64,000 bases of DNA from the NCBI GenBank assembly GCA_963674825.1, contig OY771587.1, positions 800,001 through 864,000 of the forward strand, given 5' to 3'. The translations under genes and the position numbers were made by a program. Below the pieces are notes generated by a model. The model searched no databases. It was given only the letters and a program-made list of their open reading frames with translations, and was not told where the DNA came from. This stretch comes from Candidatus Cloacimonadales bacterium (lineage in GTDB: Bacteria > Cloacimonadota > Cloacimonadia > Cloacimonadales > JAIOQZ01). Shown here piece after piece: positions 28,501 through 37,970 of this stretch (position 1 is its first letter; every line of letters starts with the position of its first letter).

Positions 28501-31500
28501 CCACATCATTCGTGCCATTTGCGTAGCATGAATTGTTCAACGTCGTTGTGCCGCCACCCATCAGGTACATCTGATTGCCGGTCGTTGCTATATTTCCCCA
28601 GACAATGCAGTTTTGCAGAACTGGAGAGCAATTGTTGTAATTCAGCATGCCACCACCGTAATACATGGCTACATTCATTGCAATCGTTGTGTTTGTCAGT
28701 ACAGGTGAAGAGGACGTCGAGTTCTCGATTCCTGCGCTGTTATTCGTGGTCTTGTTGCCATAGATCAAGCAATTCGTGATTATGGGAGATGCGTTGTAAT
28801 TACAGACACCACCACCGTAATCACCTTCATTCGCTGTAACAGTAACGTTTGTAATGGATGGCGAAGCCCCGGAATTGAAAACGCCAGAACCCCTGTCAAA
28901 AGAGTCTGTCCCATTTCCGTGCCCACCTTTCACGGTAAAACCATTCAAAACACTTGCGGCGGTCAAAGGGGCCGGATTGTAGATGACATGATAGCAGTTT
29001 TCCGAATTGTTGGAGAAAGCAAGTGTCTCTCCGCTTCCGCTTACAATGTCGTCCCCGAATCGATCACCGCTCAAAATGGTCTCGTGTTCGTCTCCCATTC
29101 CGAAATTCGTTCTTTCATCTACGGATGTTTCCGTACCGGCAAATCCGCCGTAGATTTCAACTCCTTCCATCATCCTGAAATGATAGTAGCGGGGGGTATT
29201 CGTCAGATTGTAAGAATAGCTTGGAATATATGTCCCCTTTGCCACCCAGATTTGATCTCCGGGTGTGGCAATATCAAGCGCTGATTGCAGGGAGGTGAAG
29301 GCGTCCGCCCAGCTTGCTCCATTGTTCGCTCCCACGGCATTGATATCGACATACAGAATTCCAGCGATACTGTATGGATCGACACCAGATGTCCACTCGT
29401 AAGCGCCCATATCGATTGTGGTGTTTTGAATCCGGGCCTGACCTCGCACATCGGTTGATGCTGTGTTATAACTGTTAAGACCGCTATCGACTGCGGGGGA
29501 GTTTTCCCAAAGCCGGAAATCACCGAGTGTAGCATTTAAAAAGTCAGGATTTTCCGTGGTATTGTTATTATCCGCGACAAAGGTCGCACCACTCACAATA
29601 ACATCATTATCCTGACTGGAGTAGCAGGTATAATTAAGTGTGGTAGTACCACCTCCGGATGTATACATCTGATTTCCGGTGAGAGCATGATTTCCCCAAA
29701 TGATGCAATTATTGAAGGTTGGGGCAGCGTTTAGATTGTTATTCAATCCACCGCCAGCATCCGTTGCCCGATTCATTGCAATGGTTGTGTTGATGAAAAC
29801 GGGTGAGGATGTCTCATTTTCAGATCCTGCACCATTTTGAGCAATATTACGATAGATGATGCAATTGGTAACGACCGGAGAAGCCTCCTGATTATAAATG
29901 CCACCTCCATGGATGCTCTGATTTTCTGTTAAAATCACATTCGTTAATGAAGGAGATGCCTGGAAGTTAAAAATCCCGGAACCGCTATTGTGAGGATTTG
30001 AGCCATTGGCGTTTCCACCTCTCACGGAAAATCCATTCAATAGGCTTGTTGATGTCAAAGGATCCGGATTGTAGATGACATGATAACAGTTATCTTCGTA
30101 ATTCGAAAAGGCGAGCGTTTCCCCACTTCCGCTAACTACATCATCACCATTCAAATCACCACTGAGTATTGTTTCGTTTTCTTCTCCAACCCCGTAACGA
30201 GTTCTTTGATTGCTCGCAGTTTCCGTACCAGAGAATCCACCGTAGATTTCAACGCCTTCAATCATTCTGAAGTGATAATTGCGAGGCGTATTAATTAAAT
30301 CATAAGAATCTTCCGGCACATAGGTTCCTTTGGCTACCCAGACATGATTTCCAGATATGGCTGCATCGAGTCCCGATTGCAATGAATTAAAGGCGTCGAC
30401 CCAGCTTGAACCATCGTTATTACCATCTGCCAGAGCATTCACATAAATGACCTGAAAAGACGGATCGATTCCATCGGTCCACTCATAAGCTCCCATGTCA
30501 ATCGTCGAGTTCTGAATCCGGGCTTGACCGCGGAAGTCCAGCGCCTCTGAATTAAAACTATTCTCACCAGTATCCACACAAGGGGAGATTCCATTGATTC
30601 TCAGATCGCCACCGGTGGTGGGAGCTTCCAGTGGGTTAACCGCCTCAATGAACAGGGGATCACAATTGATATTGCCTGTTCCTGTATAAACACCACTGTC
30701 CATTTGAACATTGCTATAACTAATGGATATTCCTGATCCGCGAACCTGATCAGGGTAGTTACCCCATATAATACTATTTGTGGCTGATATTGCATTCGCT
30801 CCCCAATCGGTTCCGAGAGCTCCGCCTGAGCCTGATGCACGATTGCCATTGAAAGTAGTATTGGTAAGTGTGACTGTGGATCCCCAACATGCTCTCACTC
30901 CACCAATTATCCCTCCAACAGATCGATTGCCGATGAATAGGCAATTTGTGAAGGTTCCTATAGAATTGTCTGTAAAGCTTACGCCTCCGCCATTGTCCGC
31001 TGCTGTATTGCCTATAATGGAGACATTTACAGCATCAACCGTCACCCCATAGGCAGCTTCCAATCCACCGCCGCAATTTATTATTTCACTGGAAAGGACT
31101 GTGTTTTCAATGAAGGCTACGTTGCTAAGTGTAAGCGTCCCACCACCTACGTGAAACAAACCTCCTCCCGAAAAAGCTTGATTATATCTGAAAGTGGTAT
31201 TATTCATGGTTGCGCTTGACTGATCTTTGAGATAAACGCCACCTCCCCCTGCTCCAGTGCTGATGTTATTACTGAAAACAACATTGTCAAAAGATGGATT
31301 TACATCTTCACCAGCATATCCTCCCCCCGCAGAAGCCATATTATTGTTAAAATGGACATTGATTATGGCAGGGCTTCCTCCATATAAGTTGTACATGCCT
31401 CCACCATAACCAATCGAGAGATAGTTTATCAACCGGTTGCCATCGATTAGAACGTTTTCTACATGTGGTGACGAGCTGGCATTCAGCATTCCGCCGCCAT

Positions 31501-32077
31501 ACGTTTGCCCCTGGTTGCCCCGTATCTCCAAGTTATAGTAACTGGGTGAGCTATACCAGTTCAATATCCCGCCACCACCGTAATAGGTGGTTCCGGAACC
31601 GGCAGTTACGATAAAACCATCCAATCTTGCTGTACTGTCCACACCATATGGAGCTACAACCACATGATCAGCATTCGTTCCAACCTGCTGATCCCAACTT
31701 TCGGTTATCCCGTTACCGTCGTCGTTCACATCATCCTGCCCGATATCGCCGCTTAGAATCGTTTGATTTGCCTGCCAGTCCCTTTCAGTCAGTAGCGTTT
31801 CCGTTCCGGCGAAGCCACCGTAGACTTCCACGCCCGATTTGAGTGTAAAACTGCTTGTGGCGTAATAGATACCTTCCACAACCCAGATTTGATCTCCTGA
31901 AACTGCCGAATTCAATGCGGTATGCAAAGAAGTAAATGCATCCGTCCAGGATTCCCCTGTCTCACTTCCAGAAGCGCTGGGATCGACATGAATTGTCTCC
32001 GCAGATATACTCGTTACACTCAACAACATGGCCAACGCCATGACACTCCACAATATAGAAAGCTTCCTGTTTTTCAT
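25532..32077 (-). CDS. Giant secreted beta-helix repeat protein (five choice-of-anchor-Q/Pmp-like units) ending in an FN3-like domain
   Basis: Signal peptide; five units starting [IL][HYF]V....G...G.[SC]W.DA[FY]..L..AL and ending RIQN.TID.GAYEW; GGG/GGA repeats. Confidence 0.88.
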   Translation of the reverse strand: MKNRKLSILWSVMALAMLLSVTSISAETIHVDPSASGSETGESWTDAFTSLHTALNSAVSGDQIWVVEGIYYATSSFTLKSGVEVYGGFAGTETLLTERDWQANQTILSGDIGQDDVNDDGNGITESWDQQVGTNADHVVVAPYGVDSTARLDGFIVTAGSGTTYYGGGGILNWYSSPSYYNLEIRGNQGQTYGGGMLNASSSPHVENVLIDGNRLINYLSIGYGGGMYNLYGGSPAIINVHFNNNMASAGGGYAGEDVNPSFDNVVFSNNISTGAGGGGVYLKDQSSATMNNTTFRYNQAFSGGGLFHVGGGTLTLSNVAFIENTVLSSEIINCGGGLEAAYGVTVDAVNVSIIGNTAADNGGGVSFTDNSIGTFTNCLFIGNRSVGGIIGGVRACWGSTVTLTNTTFNGNRASGSGGALGTDWGANAISATNSIIWGNYPDQVRGSGISISYSNVQMDSGVYTGTGNINCDPLFIEAVNPLEAPTTGGDLRINGISPCVDTGENSFNSEALDFRGQARIQNSTIDMGAYEWTDGIDPSFQVIYVNALADGNNDGSSWVDAFNSLQSGLDAAISGNHVWVAKGTYVPEDSYDLINTPRNYHFRMIEGVEIYGGFSGTETASNQRTRYGVGEENETILSGDLNGDDVVSGSGETLAFSNYEDNCYHVIYNPDPLTSTSLLNGFSVRGGNANGSNPHNSGSGIFNFQASPSLTNVILTENQSIHGGGIYNQEASPVVTNCIIYRNIAQNGAGSENETSSPVFINTTIAMNRATDAGGGLNNNLNAAPTFNNCIIWGNHALTGNQMYTSGGGTTTLNYTCYSSQDNDVIVSGATFVADNNNTTENPDFLNATLGDFRLWENSPAVDSGLNSYNTASTDVRGQARIQNTTIDMGAYEWTSGVDPYSIAGILYVDINAVGANNGASWADAFTSLQSALDIATPGDQIWVAKGTYIPSYSYNLTNTPRYYHFRMMEGVEIYGGFAGTETSVDERTNFGMGDEHETILSGDRFGDDIVSGSGETLAFSNNSENCYHVIYNPAPLTAASVLNGFTVKGGHGNGTDSFDRGSGVFNSGASPSITNVTVTANEGDYGGGVCNYNASPIITNCLIYGNKTTNNSAGIENSTSSSPVLTNTTIAMNVAMYYGGGMLNYNNCSPVLQNCIVWGNIATTGNQMYLMGGGTTTLNNSCYANGTNDVVLASGSDILDATTNNISVDPLFVGAETGDLRIDGSSSCVNAGDNSYNSESCDIRGQDRIQNTTIDIGAYEWTVGVDPPLHIIYVDLLAGGNNDGSCWVDAYTSLQSALNEAASGDQIWVARGTYKPEYDYGLGGGSRYYHFRMVEGTEIYGGFTGTETGIDQRINYGFEEANETILSGDLNDNDDFDVTNGGYQGTSGDDNCYHVFYHPDGTNLTNSALLDGFTITGGNANSGSNPHNRGGALYLFSSSPVIRKVNFDSNKAESIGGAVYMYDSMSFLENVSFTNNISSNSGGGVYVYNGSPEFGGMSFISNYAYNAGAIYFRESTASILNAIFTGNNSATDGGALSTHSSSLTIANSLFSSNTTTNNGGAIINYSSSVQYDSVLNNVTISENHAGLSGGGIRFASDNVASTLTINNCVIWNNTATSSGNELSLVSTGSTTISYSCYKDLDNDVETLNGTLDATNNNITIDPHFVGSFTQDFRLLGCSPGVDSGLNSYNTASTDVRGQARIQNTTIDMGAYEWTPGVDPYNIAGILFVDINAVGANNGASWADAFTSLQSALDIATPGDQIWVAKGTYIPSYSYNLTNTPRYYHFRMMEGVEIYGGFAGTETSVDERTNFGMGDENETILSGDRFGDDIVSGSGETLAFSNNSENCYHVIYNPAPLTAASVLNGFTVKGGHANGTDSFDRGSGVFNSGASPSITNVTVTANEGDYGGGVCNYNASPIITNCLIYGNKTTNNSAGIENSTSSSPVLTNTTIAMNVAMYYGGGMLNYNNCSPVLQNCIVWGNIATTGNQMYLMGGGTTTLNNSCYANGTNDVVLASGSDILDATTNNISVDPLFVGAETGDLRIDGSSSCVNAGDNSYNSESCDIRGQDRIQNTTIDIGAYEWTVGVDPGELTAPVNVTISVGDNTILLSWAIVPNATSYIIYRSEYPDREFVQIGTSATESYTDTELLSGSSYFYFVVAANTLRTDQQCVNTRHHPGGGK
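25812..27040. repeat. Copy of a ~1.23-kb intragenic direct repeat (partner 28272-29500)
   Basis: Offset 2460 bp; about 17 mismatches by eye. Confidence 0.92.
28272..29500. repeat. Copy of a ~1.23-kb intragenic direct repeat (partner 25812-27040)
   Basis: As above. Confidence 0.92.
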
Positions 32078-32855
32078 TATACGTCCCCCCTGTTTATGTG
32101 TATTTCTAACACATGACCCGCACCCAATAATTGGGATACGATTTGATGGATTGAGAAAATGCGTTGGCTTGCCTGTTTCTTTTCTTCGAATCTATTTATA
32201 TTTAGCTTCGATGTGAGTTTGATACCCATATGCTTAAGTGAGTATGATTTACGATTCAGTTTATGGCGTGGATATTGATTATTTAGTCCGATATGGCGAA
32301 AAACGTGGTTTTGTAAAAGTGTTAGGTGCAAGACCGATAAGATATCTAACGGATCACCCCTCTTCTTCACAGGCTGGATTCCATGACGCGCAAGACTCCC
32401 TCAAGACATTTCCCCAGAGCCAAGACAATGGTCACCAACACTTCGATAAGTGCATGGGTCGAATATCCTCTGATGAGGTTCAACAAGGTCTCGCGTTTGC
32501 GGAGCTACTCCACCCTACAGGTTTGCAGTATGCGACTTCCAAGGCAAGAGTCAATCGAGAAACAGATATTCCCATCCCATCCTCCAAGGACATCATCGAT
32601 TATCCCAAAATCCATGTCCAAGATTTTAGCAGCACCACAAATCGAACTCGACTTGAGTTTATCTGAGATTTATACCACTGCTTCGTCAAGATCATTTTCT
32701 CCTTTCAATTCATTTTTGCATCAAGGGTGTTTGAAAGCCTGTTTATTCGATGCGCCATTTGCTGATCTATAGCTTGATGAATTTCGGAAAAGCCGCTCTT
32801 ATCTGTTTTATATCAATGAAGTTACGACCAAAGCAAGTTACGGTGCGGGTCCATG

Positions 32856-33142
32856 CTACGCACTCACCGTTGTTTGAAAGTGATCAGAGAAATTTGGAGA
32901 ACCATGGTCCATGCGCAATGCCAATCCCATGTCCACAGCTTCACCAGGACTCAGAAATAACGTTCAATGCCCTGTGATATTGGTTCCAGGACGGCGAATC
33001 GATCTCGCTTTTAGTAAGATGCCAGCACCCCTTCCGCATTCCAGTGTTCCACAGCAATATATAGTCACGCCCATCCGTCTTCAAGGTTGAAAATGAGTAC
33101 ACCGTCCGTGCCCCACATGGTGTCCGGTATATCCGTGATAAT
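32856..33142 (-). pseudogene. Decayed IS3-family-type DDE transposase (integrase core)
   Basis: IITDIPDTMWGTDGVLIFNLEDGWA*LYIAVEHWNAEG...RDRFAVLEPISQG, then a frameshift to GLALRMDHGSPNFSDHFQ; several stops. Confidence 0.8.
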
Positions 33143-33159
33143 CGACTTCGTCTGTTTGT

Positions 33160-33314
33160 AAGGTGATCGGAGATTGACAAAAGAAGTACAACGAAAATCG
33201 ACCTCGTAGCGTACTGGGCCACCGGCCACCGTTCGAGTTCAATCATATGCTTGACCAAAATTTCGATAGCAGGTCTGTCACTTAGAATGTGGTATATCTT
33301 ATGGGGGAAGGTCA
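33160..33314 (+). mobile_element. Right-end remnant of a second IS3-family element
   Basis: KVIGD*QKKYNENRPRSVLGHRPPFEF (cf. W...YN..RPHSSLG..TP) followed by a terminus-like GTGGTATATCTTATGGGGGAAGGTCA. Confidence 0.7.
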
Positions 33315-33373
33315 CCATCAGCCGGCAACGGGGGGTGATCCCGCTACCGACTGCTTGCTTCTAAAATATCCCG

Positions 33374-36300
33374 TTACGGTTTTATGGCTTTTACATAAAA
33401 GAATCGGGAGGTACTATCAAGCGTTGTATTCCAGGTACAACGCTGTCGGATGGTGGTTCTGCAATAGCCATCACATGTACTGGCAGTATTTACGGGCTGC
33501 ATTTGTGGCTGGTCGGCTAACTCCCTGCTTAATATTTGTTGCCTGGCAAGGCTTTGCCCGTTACTAAAATAGCCGGTTTCACTGACATTTACAAACTCAT
33601 CGTCGAGCGAGGTTGCGCCATACACCTGGTAGAAGGTAGCTCCTGCAACCTCGTCCCAGCTAATCTGCAAGCTGTCATTCCAAACATACACACAAATATT
33701 TTGTGGTGTGTCTATCTGCTGTATCCAGCGTGCCATTAAAAATTGTCCCTCTTGGGATATGTTCCCAAAAGTAGCAGACTCATCTCCTGCATCAACTTCA
33801 GTAGCTGAACACAGGTACACCCAGGTAGAATCTGCATTACAGGCTCTGGTAAACAAAGCAATGCGGCTGGGGTCTTGCTCGTCTTCTTCAGTTAGTACAG
33901 TTGCATAGGTTAATGTTAAATCAGCCTCAAACCCGTTTGTGGGGCCGTAACGGTCAAAAATCCAGTACTCGTTTCCAAACACTGTGTCCGGTTCATCAGT
34001 ATCCTGGTTAGGAGCAACGTGCAGGAGAGTAAAGGCGCAGGTTCCACCAGGAGTAGAATGAATTGTAAGATACGCGTCTGTATCAGGAAAATTGATCCCG
34101 GCTTCTACTTCTTGTCGAACAAAGCTGTTGCCATACCCGGCCGGGATAGTTGATGGAACACGGTTTGCGCTACCAGTCTCCTTCACTTGACCATCGATAC
34201 CGCTGATAGGCTCAATAACCATATCACCATCATGGTTAAACTGCCAGTTGGCCACAAGGCCATCAACATTGCTAGTGTAAATACGGTGGCGCTGCGCTTG
34301 AATCTGATCTTGGCTAAGGCAGATGTTCCAGTACCTAACCTCATCCATTTGCCCCGGAAAGTAACTGCCGTAGTAATCAGACGAACCGAACATCAGATTG
34401 CGCTCGCCCCAGTTAGGGCTGACTGTTAGGTCAGTAGTGCCCTGAATCTCTCCGTTTATGTACAAACTCATTTGGTTGGCCGCGCTATTATACGTAAACG
34501 CGACATAATACCATTGGCCTACATTCCAGTCAGCCCCACCAGGTACTGAAAACCAACCGGAATTGGTACCAATAACAGCTGTTATGCCGTTACCGGGAGT
34601 GTATTGCAGCACATAACCACCCCTTTTCGAGCCACCAGCGTTAAAGTGAGTAGAAATCAGGAATCTGTTGTTTGTAGGTAGTTCATCCAACTTAGCCCAA
34701 CACTCATAGCTAAAATCACCCTGGGGGGGACCAATCAAATCATTCGAGATAAGTACAGTTTGGTCAATGCTGTTGAACTCTAAAGCTGTACCCGGATCCT
34801 GGTCAATATAGTAAGCACCTCCATTGATGCTAACCGTGTAAGGTGCGCATCCGTTTGTACTTATTATAAGATCACCCTCGAGCTCGCCTTCCACCTCTAA
34901 TAGTGCTTTTAAGTACAAATCCACGCAGTAATTAGATTGGGTATTGCTAAAAGTAAGGGTTTGGGCGAAGGGGCCATCTGGGTTCGTCGATGCCATAACT
35001 CCAGTAGGGCAGGTTATACTAACGTCGGCACTGGTTTGGGTAAATCCCAACAGGTATTTTTTAACCCTTGGTTGGCCCACCTGCATGGATCTAAAATCAA
35101 CCGAATGTAGGTTGGGCATGGTGAACAGGTTTAAGGTTCCATCAACGTAACCAACCAGAATTTCTTTCAGGCCGTCGCCATCCAGGTCACATATACAAGG
35201 GTTGCTGTAAGGGTGGCAATAGCTAATCATGTCATATCCCATATATGTGAAGTCTAGGCTATGGTACGAGCTTTGCTCCCAATGTTCTATATGTCCGTTC
35301 ATAGTACCGACAACCAGATCATACAGGCCATCATTATCAAGGTCACCTATTGCTGGTTTTAAGTGGTCGAAAATTGAGGATAAATCATGTGATGAATGTG
35401 GAAAAAAACTGGGGGATGCCAATGCATTTTGCCGAAAGTAAAGTAGTTGGTTGTTGTTTGTACCTAAAAACATATCCCAGTAATCATCATCGTTGATATC
35501 TGCCGCGCAGATATGCGGTTCTGTATAATTAACGTAGCCTGTTATAAGGTCGCTTAACTGGATAGTGTCTAGCCCCACTGTTTGTTCCCAGCGTTTGATA
35601 CCGTCTTCAGATGTGGAAAACAAAAGCTCCGGATGATTGTTGTTATTGAAATCCATCGTAGCCAGGTCGTTGCACTGTGAGTAGTTTATATTATTGAACT
35701 CGCTAGTAACGAAATCAAACCGCATTGAGCCGAATGAACGTTGTTCATACATGTTTATACACCCACTGCTGGCACCGATGAACAGTTCTAACAAACCGTC
35801 GTGATTAAAATCAATAACAACGGGCGAGGCATAACTCCCGCTTACGTCAATTCCGCAGAAGTTCTGTTGTGCCAGGCTGAACTCCTGACCGTCAGCCAGT
35901 TTAATCGTGGCAGGAACGGTGTTTGCCTGTAGAGCTACCTGCACTGTTTCCTCGTCCGGATCGTCTGAGGTGATTATTATTTGCTCATTATAGGTGGTAT
36001 AATCGGATACTGTCAAAGTAACATGTATCTCACAACTGTCTTGTGCGGCAATAGAGCATTGGGTAGGTTGTATAACAAAATCAGAGTTCGATACGCTGAT
36101 TTCGCTTACAACAAGCAGATGCGGTCCCTGGTTGCGGATATAAATTGTCTGGTTGTAAGTGTTGTTCAAATACACTTCCCCAAAATCCAGGCTGCTCTGT
36201 ACGTCAATATCCTGCGGAATTGCCCTGGCAATAATGAACTGGCCTCCAGCCGGCAGATCATTAAAAGTTATATGGCTCAAATCTTCATCAACAGAACTTG

Positions 36301-37420
36301 CTGCACTTAAAAACTCCCATTCTCCATTGGATAACGTATCTCTGTGATACAACCAGATTAATTCAGGGTGGGAATGATCAATCTGGGTTAGTTGTTCAGT
36401 TGGGTAAAAAACTATGTCATAAACTGCGTTCACATTTCCAAAAGGCTCAGTTATCCAGTAATTGCTGTCAAACAGTATAATTTCGCCCTGCGGTTCTACG
36501 TTGGGCGCACCATCCATTTTGTATACTACAATGCTGCTACCCTGTACCGATTGGAATGTCATATCTATCCCTTCTAACACTAAATTACCGTTATTGCTGT
36601 TGTATGTATCAGACACGCCTTCACCGAAAATAATGTCGGAGGTTACCCATTCATTAACATTGCCATTAAACATTGTAGCGGGGTAACCATTAACCTCATC
36701 ATAACTCCAGTTACTTGTATTCTCATCAAACTTCCAGTAACATTCCAAGTACGCTTCTGTGCTGGAAACAGGAATAAACCTGTTTTCCCTGATCTGGTCT
36801 GTAGTGCGAACACTGCTCCAATACCGCACTTCGTCAACTACACCAGGCCAGAAGTTGCCATAGTGCCTTGATCCTCCAATCACAAATTGTTCATCGCAAA
36901 ATTGCACACTTGGAGCATACTTAGTATCAACTTTATTGCCGTTGTCCCATAACTCTATTCGCCTGTTTGAAGCCAGAAATGTCATTACTACATGATGCCA
37001 TTCGTTTAATTCCCAAGTAGTTCCCTCTGTAATAGTCCAACCAGAACCTTTACCTATTCCGGCTGTTATTCCAAGTTCGGGGTTGTACTCAATAAAGTAG
37101 CCACTTCTGAGTCCCTCGAAAAACGTGTGCTTGGAAATTATATCAGCATTACCGCTTGGGTAAGCAGTAAGTTTGGCCCAAACTTCAATGGTGAAGTTAT
37201 CAGCCGGGTTGCCAATATCATCGTGAAAAACATACATGTACTGGTTCGTACCGTTAAAGTGCAGGGCATAACCTGCGTTTCGCTGGGCTGGGCGTTGGAT
37301 GATCTGGCTGGTAATGCCATCTATAGCATCAGCGTGTTTCGGTAGAGAATTAGCCCATAAGGCGGGTACCAGGGTTACCCCAAACAGGGCAATAACTAAA
37401 AATATTATGACAAATCTCAT
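33374..37420 (-). CDS. Large secreted protein: LamG - Ig-like (choice-of-anchor D) - FG-GAP repeats - LamG - FN3-like C-terminus
   Basis: Signal peptide; two FT/FS.E.W.K...W.[HY]V..T...[VM]DEVRYW units; LDFGEV...ITSDDPDE; DFNHDG/DLDNDG/DLDGDG repeats; ends RFFYVKA. Confidence 0.85.
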   Translation of the reverse strand: MRFVIIFLVIALFGVTLVPALWANSLPKHADAIDGITSQIIQRPAQRNAGYALHFNGTNQYMYVFHDDIGNPADNFTIEVWAKLTAYPSGNADIISKHTFFEGLRSGYFIEYNPELGITAGIGKGSGWTITEGTTWELNEWHHVVMTFLASNRRIELWDNGNKVDTKYAPSVQFCDEQFVIGGSRHYGNFWPGVVDEVRYWSSVRTTDQIRENRFIPVSSTEAYLECYWKFDENTSNWSYDEVNGYPATMFNGNVNEWVTSDIIFGEGVSDTYNSNNGNLVLEGIDMTFQSVQGSSIVVYKMDGAPNVEPQGEIILFDSNYWITEPFGNVNAVYDIVFYPTEQLTQIDHSHPELIWLYHRDTLSNGEWEFLSAASSVDEDLSHITFNDLPAGGQFIIARAIPQDIDVQSSLDFGEVYLNNTYNQTIYIRNQGPHLLVVSEISVSNSDFVIQPTQCSIAAQDSCEIHVTLTVSDYTTYNEQIIITSDDPDEETVQVALQANTVPATIKLADGQEFSLAQQNFCGIDVSGSYASPVVIDFNHDGLLELFIGASSGCINMYEQRSFGSMRFDFVTSEFNNINYSQCNDLATMDFNNNNHPELLFSTSEDGIKRWEQTVGLDTIQLSDLITGYVNYTEPHICAADINDDDYWDMFLGTNNNQLLYFRQNALASPSFFPHSSHDLSSIFDHLKPAIGDLDNDGLYDLVVGTMNGHIEHWEQSSYHSLDFTYMGYDMISYCHPYSNPCICDLDGDGLKEILVGYVDGTLNLFTMPNLHSVDFRSMQVGQPRVKKYLLGFTQTSADVSITCPTGVMASTNPDGPFAQTLTFSNTQSNYCVDLYLKALLEVEGELEGDLIISTNGCAPYTVSINGGAYYIDQDPGTALEFNSIDQTVLISNDLIGPPQGDFSYECWAKLDELPTNNRFLISTHFNAGGSKRGGYVLQYTPGNGITAVIGTNSGWFSVPGGADWNVGQWYYVAFTYNSAANQMSLYINGEIQGTTDLTVSPNWGERNLMFGSSDYYGSYFPGQMDEVRYWNICLSQDQIQAQRHRIYTSNVDGLVANWQFNHDGDMVIEPISGIDGQVKETGSANRVPSTIPAGYGNSFVRQEVEAGINFPDTDAYLTIHSTPGGTCAFTLLHVAPNQDTDEPDTVFGNEYWIFDRYGPTNGFEADLTLTYATVLTEEDEQDPSRIALFTRACNADSTWVYLCSATEVDAGDESATFGNISQEGQFLMARWIQQIDTPQNICVYVWNDSLQISWDEVAGATFYQVYGATSLDDEFVNVSETGYFSNGQSLARQQILSRELADQPQMQPVNTASTCDGYCRTTIRQRCTWNTTLDSTSRFFYVKAIKP

Positions 37421-37707
37421 CTCTTCATCTCCTTGTATGCTTGTTCTTTTACCGCTTTTACAGCAGCTAGTATCTCTTTCCCGCTTTGCTGCGATACAAA
37501 TAGGAATTTTGTTTGAATGTTTGACGGATTTAGTTGTGCTATCTGGTCTGGATTGTTAGTTATAACCACTTGAGGATGGTAGTCTCTAATAATCAATTGC
37601 CCCTCCGTTAGGCTGTAGCCAAAAAATAGGCTTATACGCTCCACTTCTTGCAGAATCTTTACTAATGATTCCAGATTTGATCCAACCTTGTACAATAAAA
37701 CGTTCAT
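37417..37707 (-). CDS. Small hypothetical protein, possibly a degenerate receiver-like domain
   Basis: RBS GGAGGAG before ATG 37707; stop overlaps the start of the LamG gene (ATGA); EGQLIIRDYHPQVVIT resembles receiver alpha2-beta3. Confidence 0.7.
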   Translation of the reverse strand: MNVLLYKVGSNLESLVKILQEVERISLFFGYSLTEGQLIIRDYHPQVVITNNPDQIAQLNPSNIQTKFLFVSQQSGKEILAAVKAVKEQAYKEMKR

Positions 37708-37729
37708 ATTCACTCCTCCAGTTTACTAT

Positions 37730-37745
37730 AGCTGCAAGAGTGCCA
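37730..37745 (-). promoter_or_regulatory. Sigma-54 (-24/-12) promoter
   Basis: TGGCAC-TCTTG-CAGCT, GG-N10-GC; -12 C lies 24 nt before the ATG, the same distance as at flgB. Confidence 0.65.
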
Positions 37746-37830
37746 GTCACGTATTTATATAAATGGCAATGAGTTACGTACAGAGCATGAACAGAGGGGC
37801 GGAAACCGGGTACAAGATAGGTGAAATATT

Positions 37831-37969
37831 GTCCATAAATGGACTTTTTTACTTGATAGACACAAGTCCTGAAAAGGACCTGCCTGATCTATACATGGGC
37901 TAAAGGGTTTCGAATAGTGTAGTTATCATAAAAAGGACTGGTTCCAAGAAGCAATGTCCAATTCCGGAC
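37831..37969. promoter_or_regulatory. Cluster of palindromic GTCC-N6-GGAC sites (putative enhancer/UAS)
   Basis: 37831 GTCCATAAATGGAC; 37866 GTCCTGAAAAGGAC; 37956 GTCCAATTCCGGAC; degenerate 37925 ATCATAAAAAGGAC. Confidence 0.7.
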
Positions 37970-37970
37970 G

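Noticed and set aside
25812..29500. Near-identical repeat pair as a diversity-generating retroelement TR/VR
   Set aside because: Mismatches are not adenine-specific and go in both directions, both copies are in-frame parts of one gene, the repeat is far longer than a TR, and no reverse transcriptase is present.
32077..33567. Track ORFs of 75-142 aa in the intergenic region as real genes
   Set aside because: No convincing RBS or protein motifs; better explained as alternative frames over IS relics and regulatory DNA.
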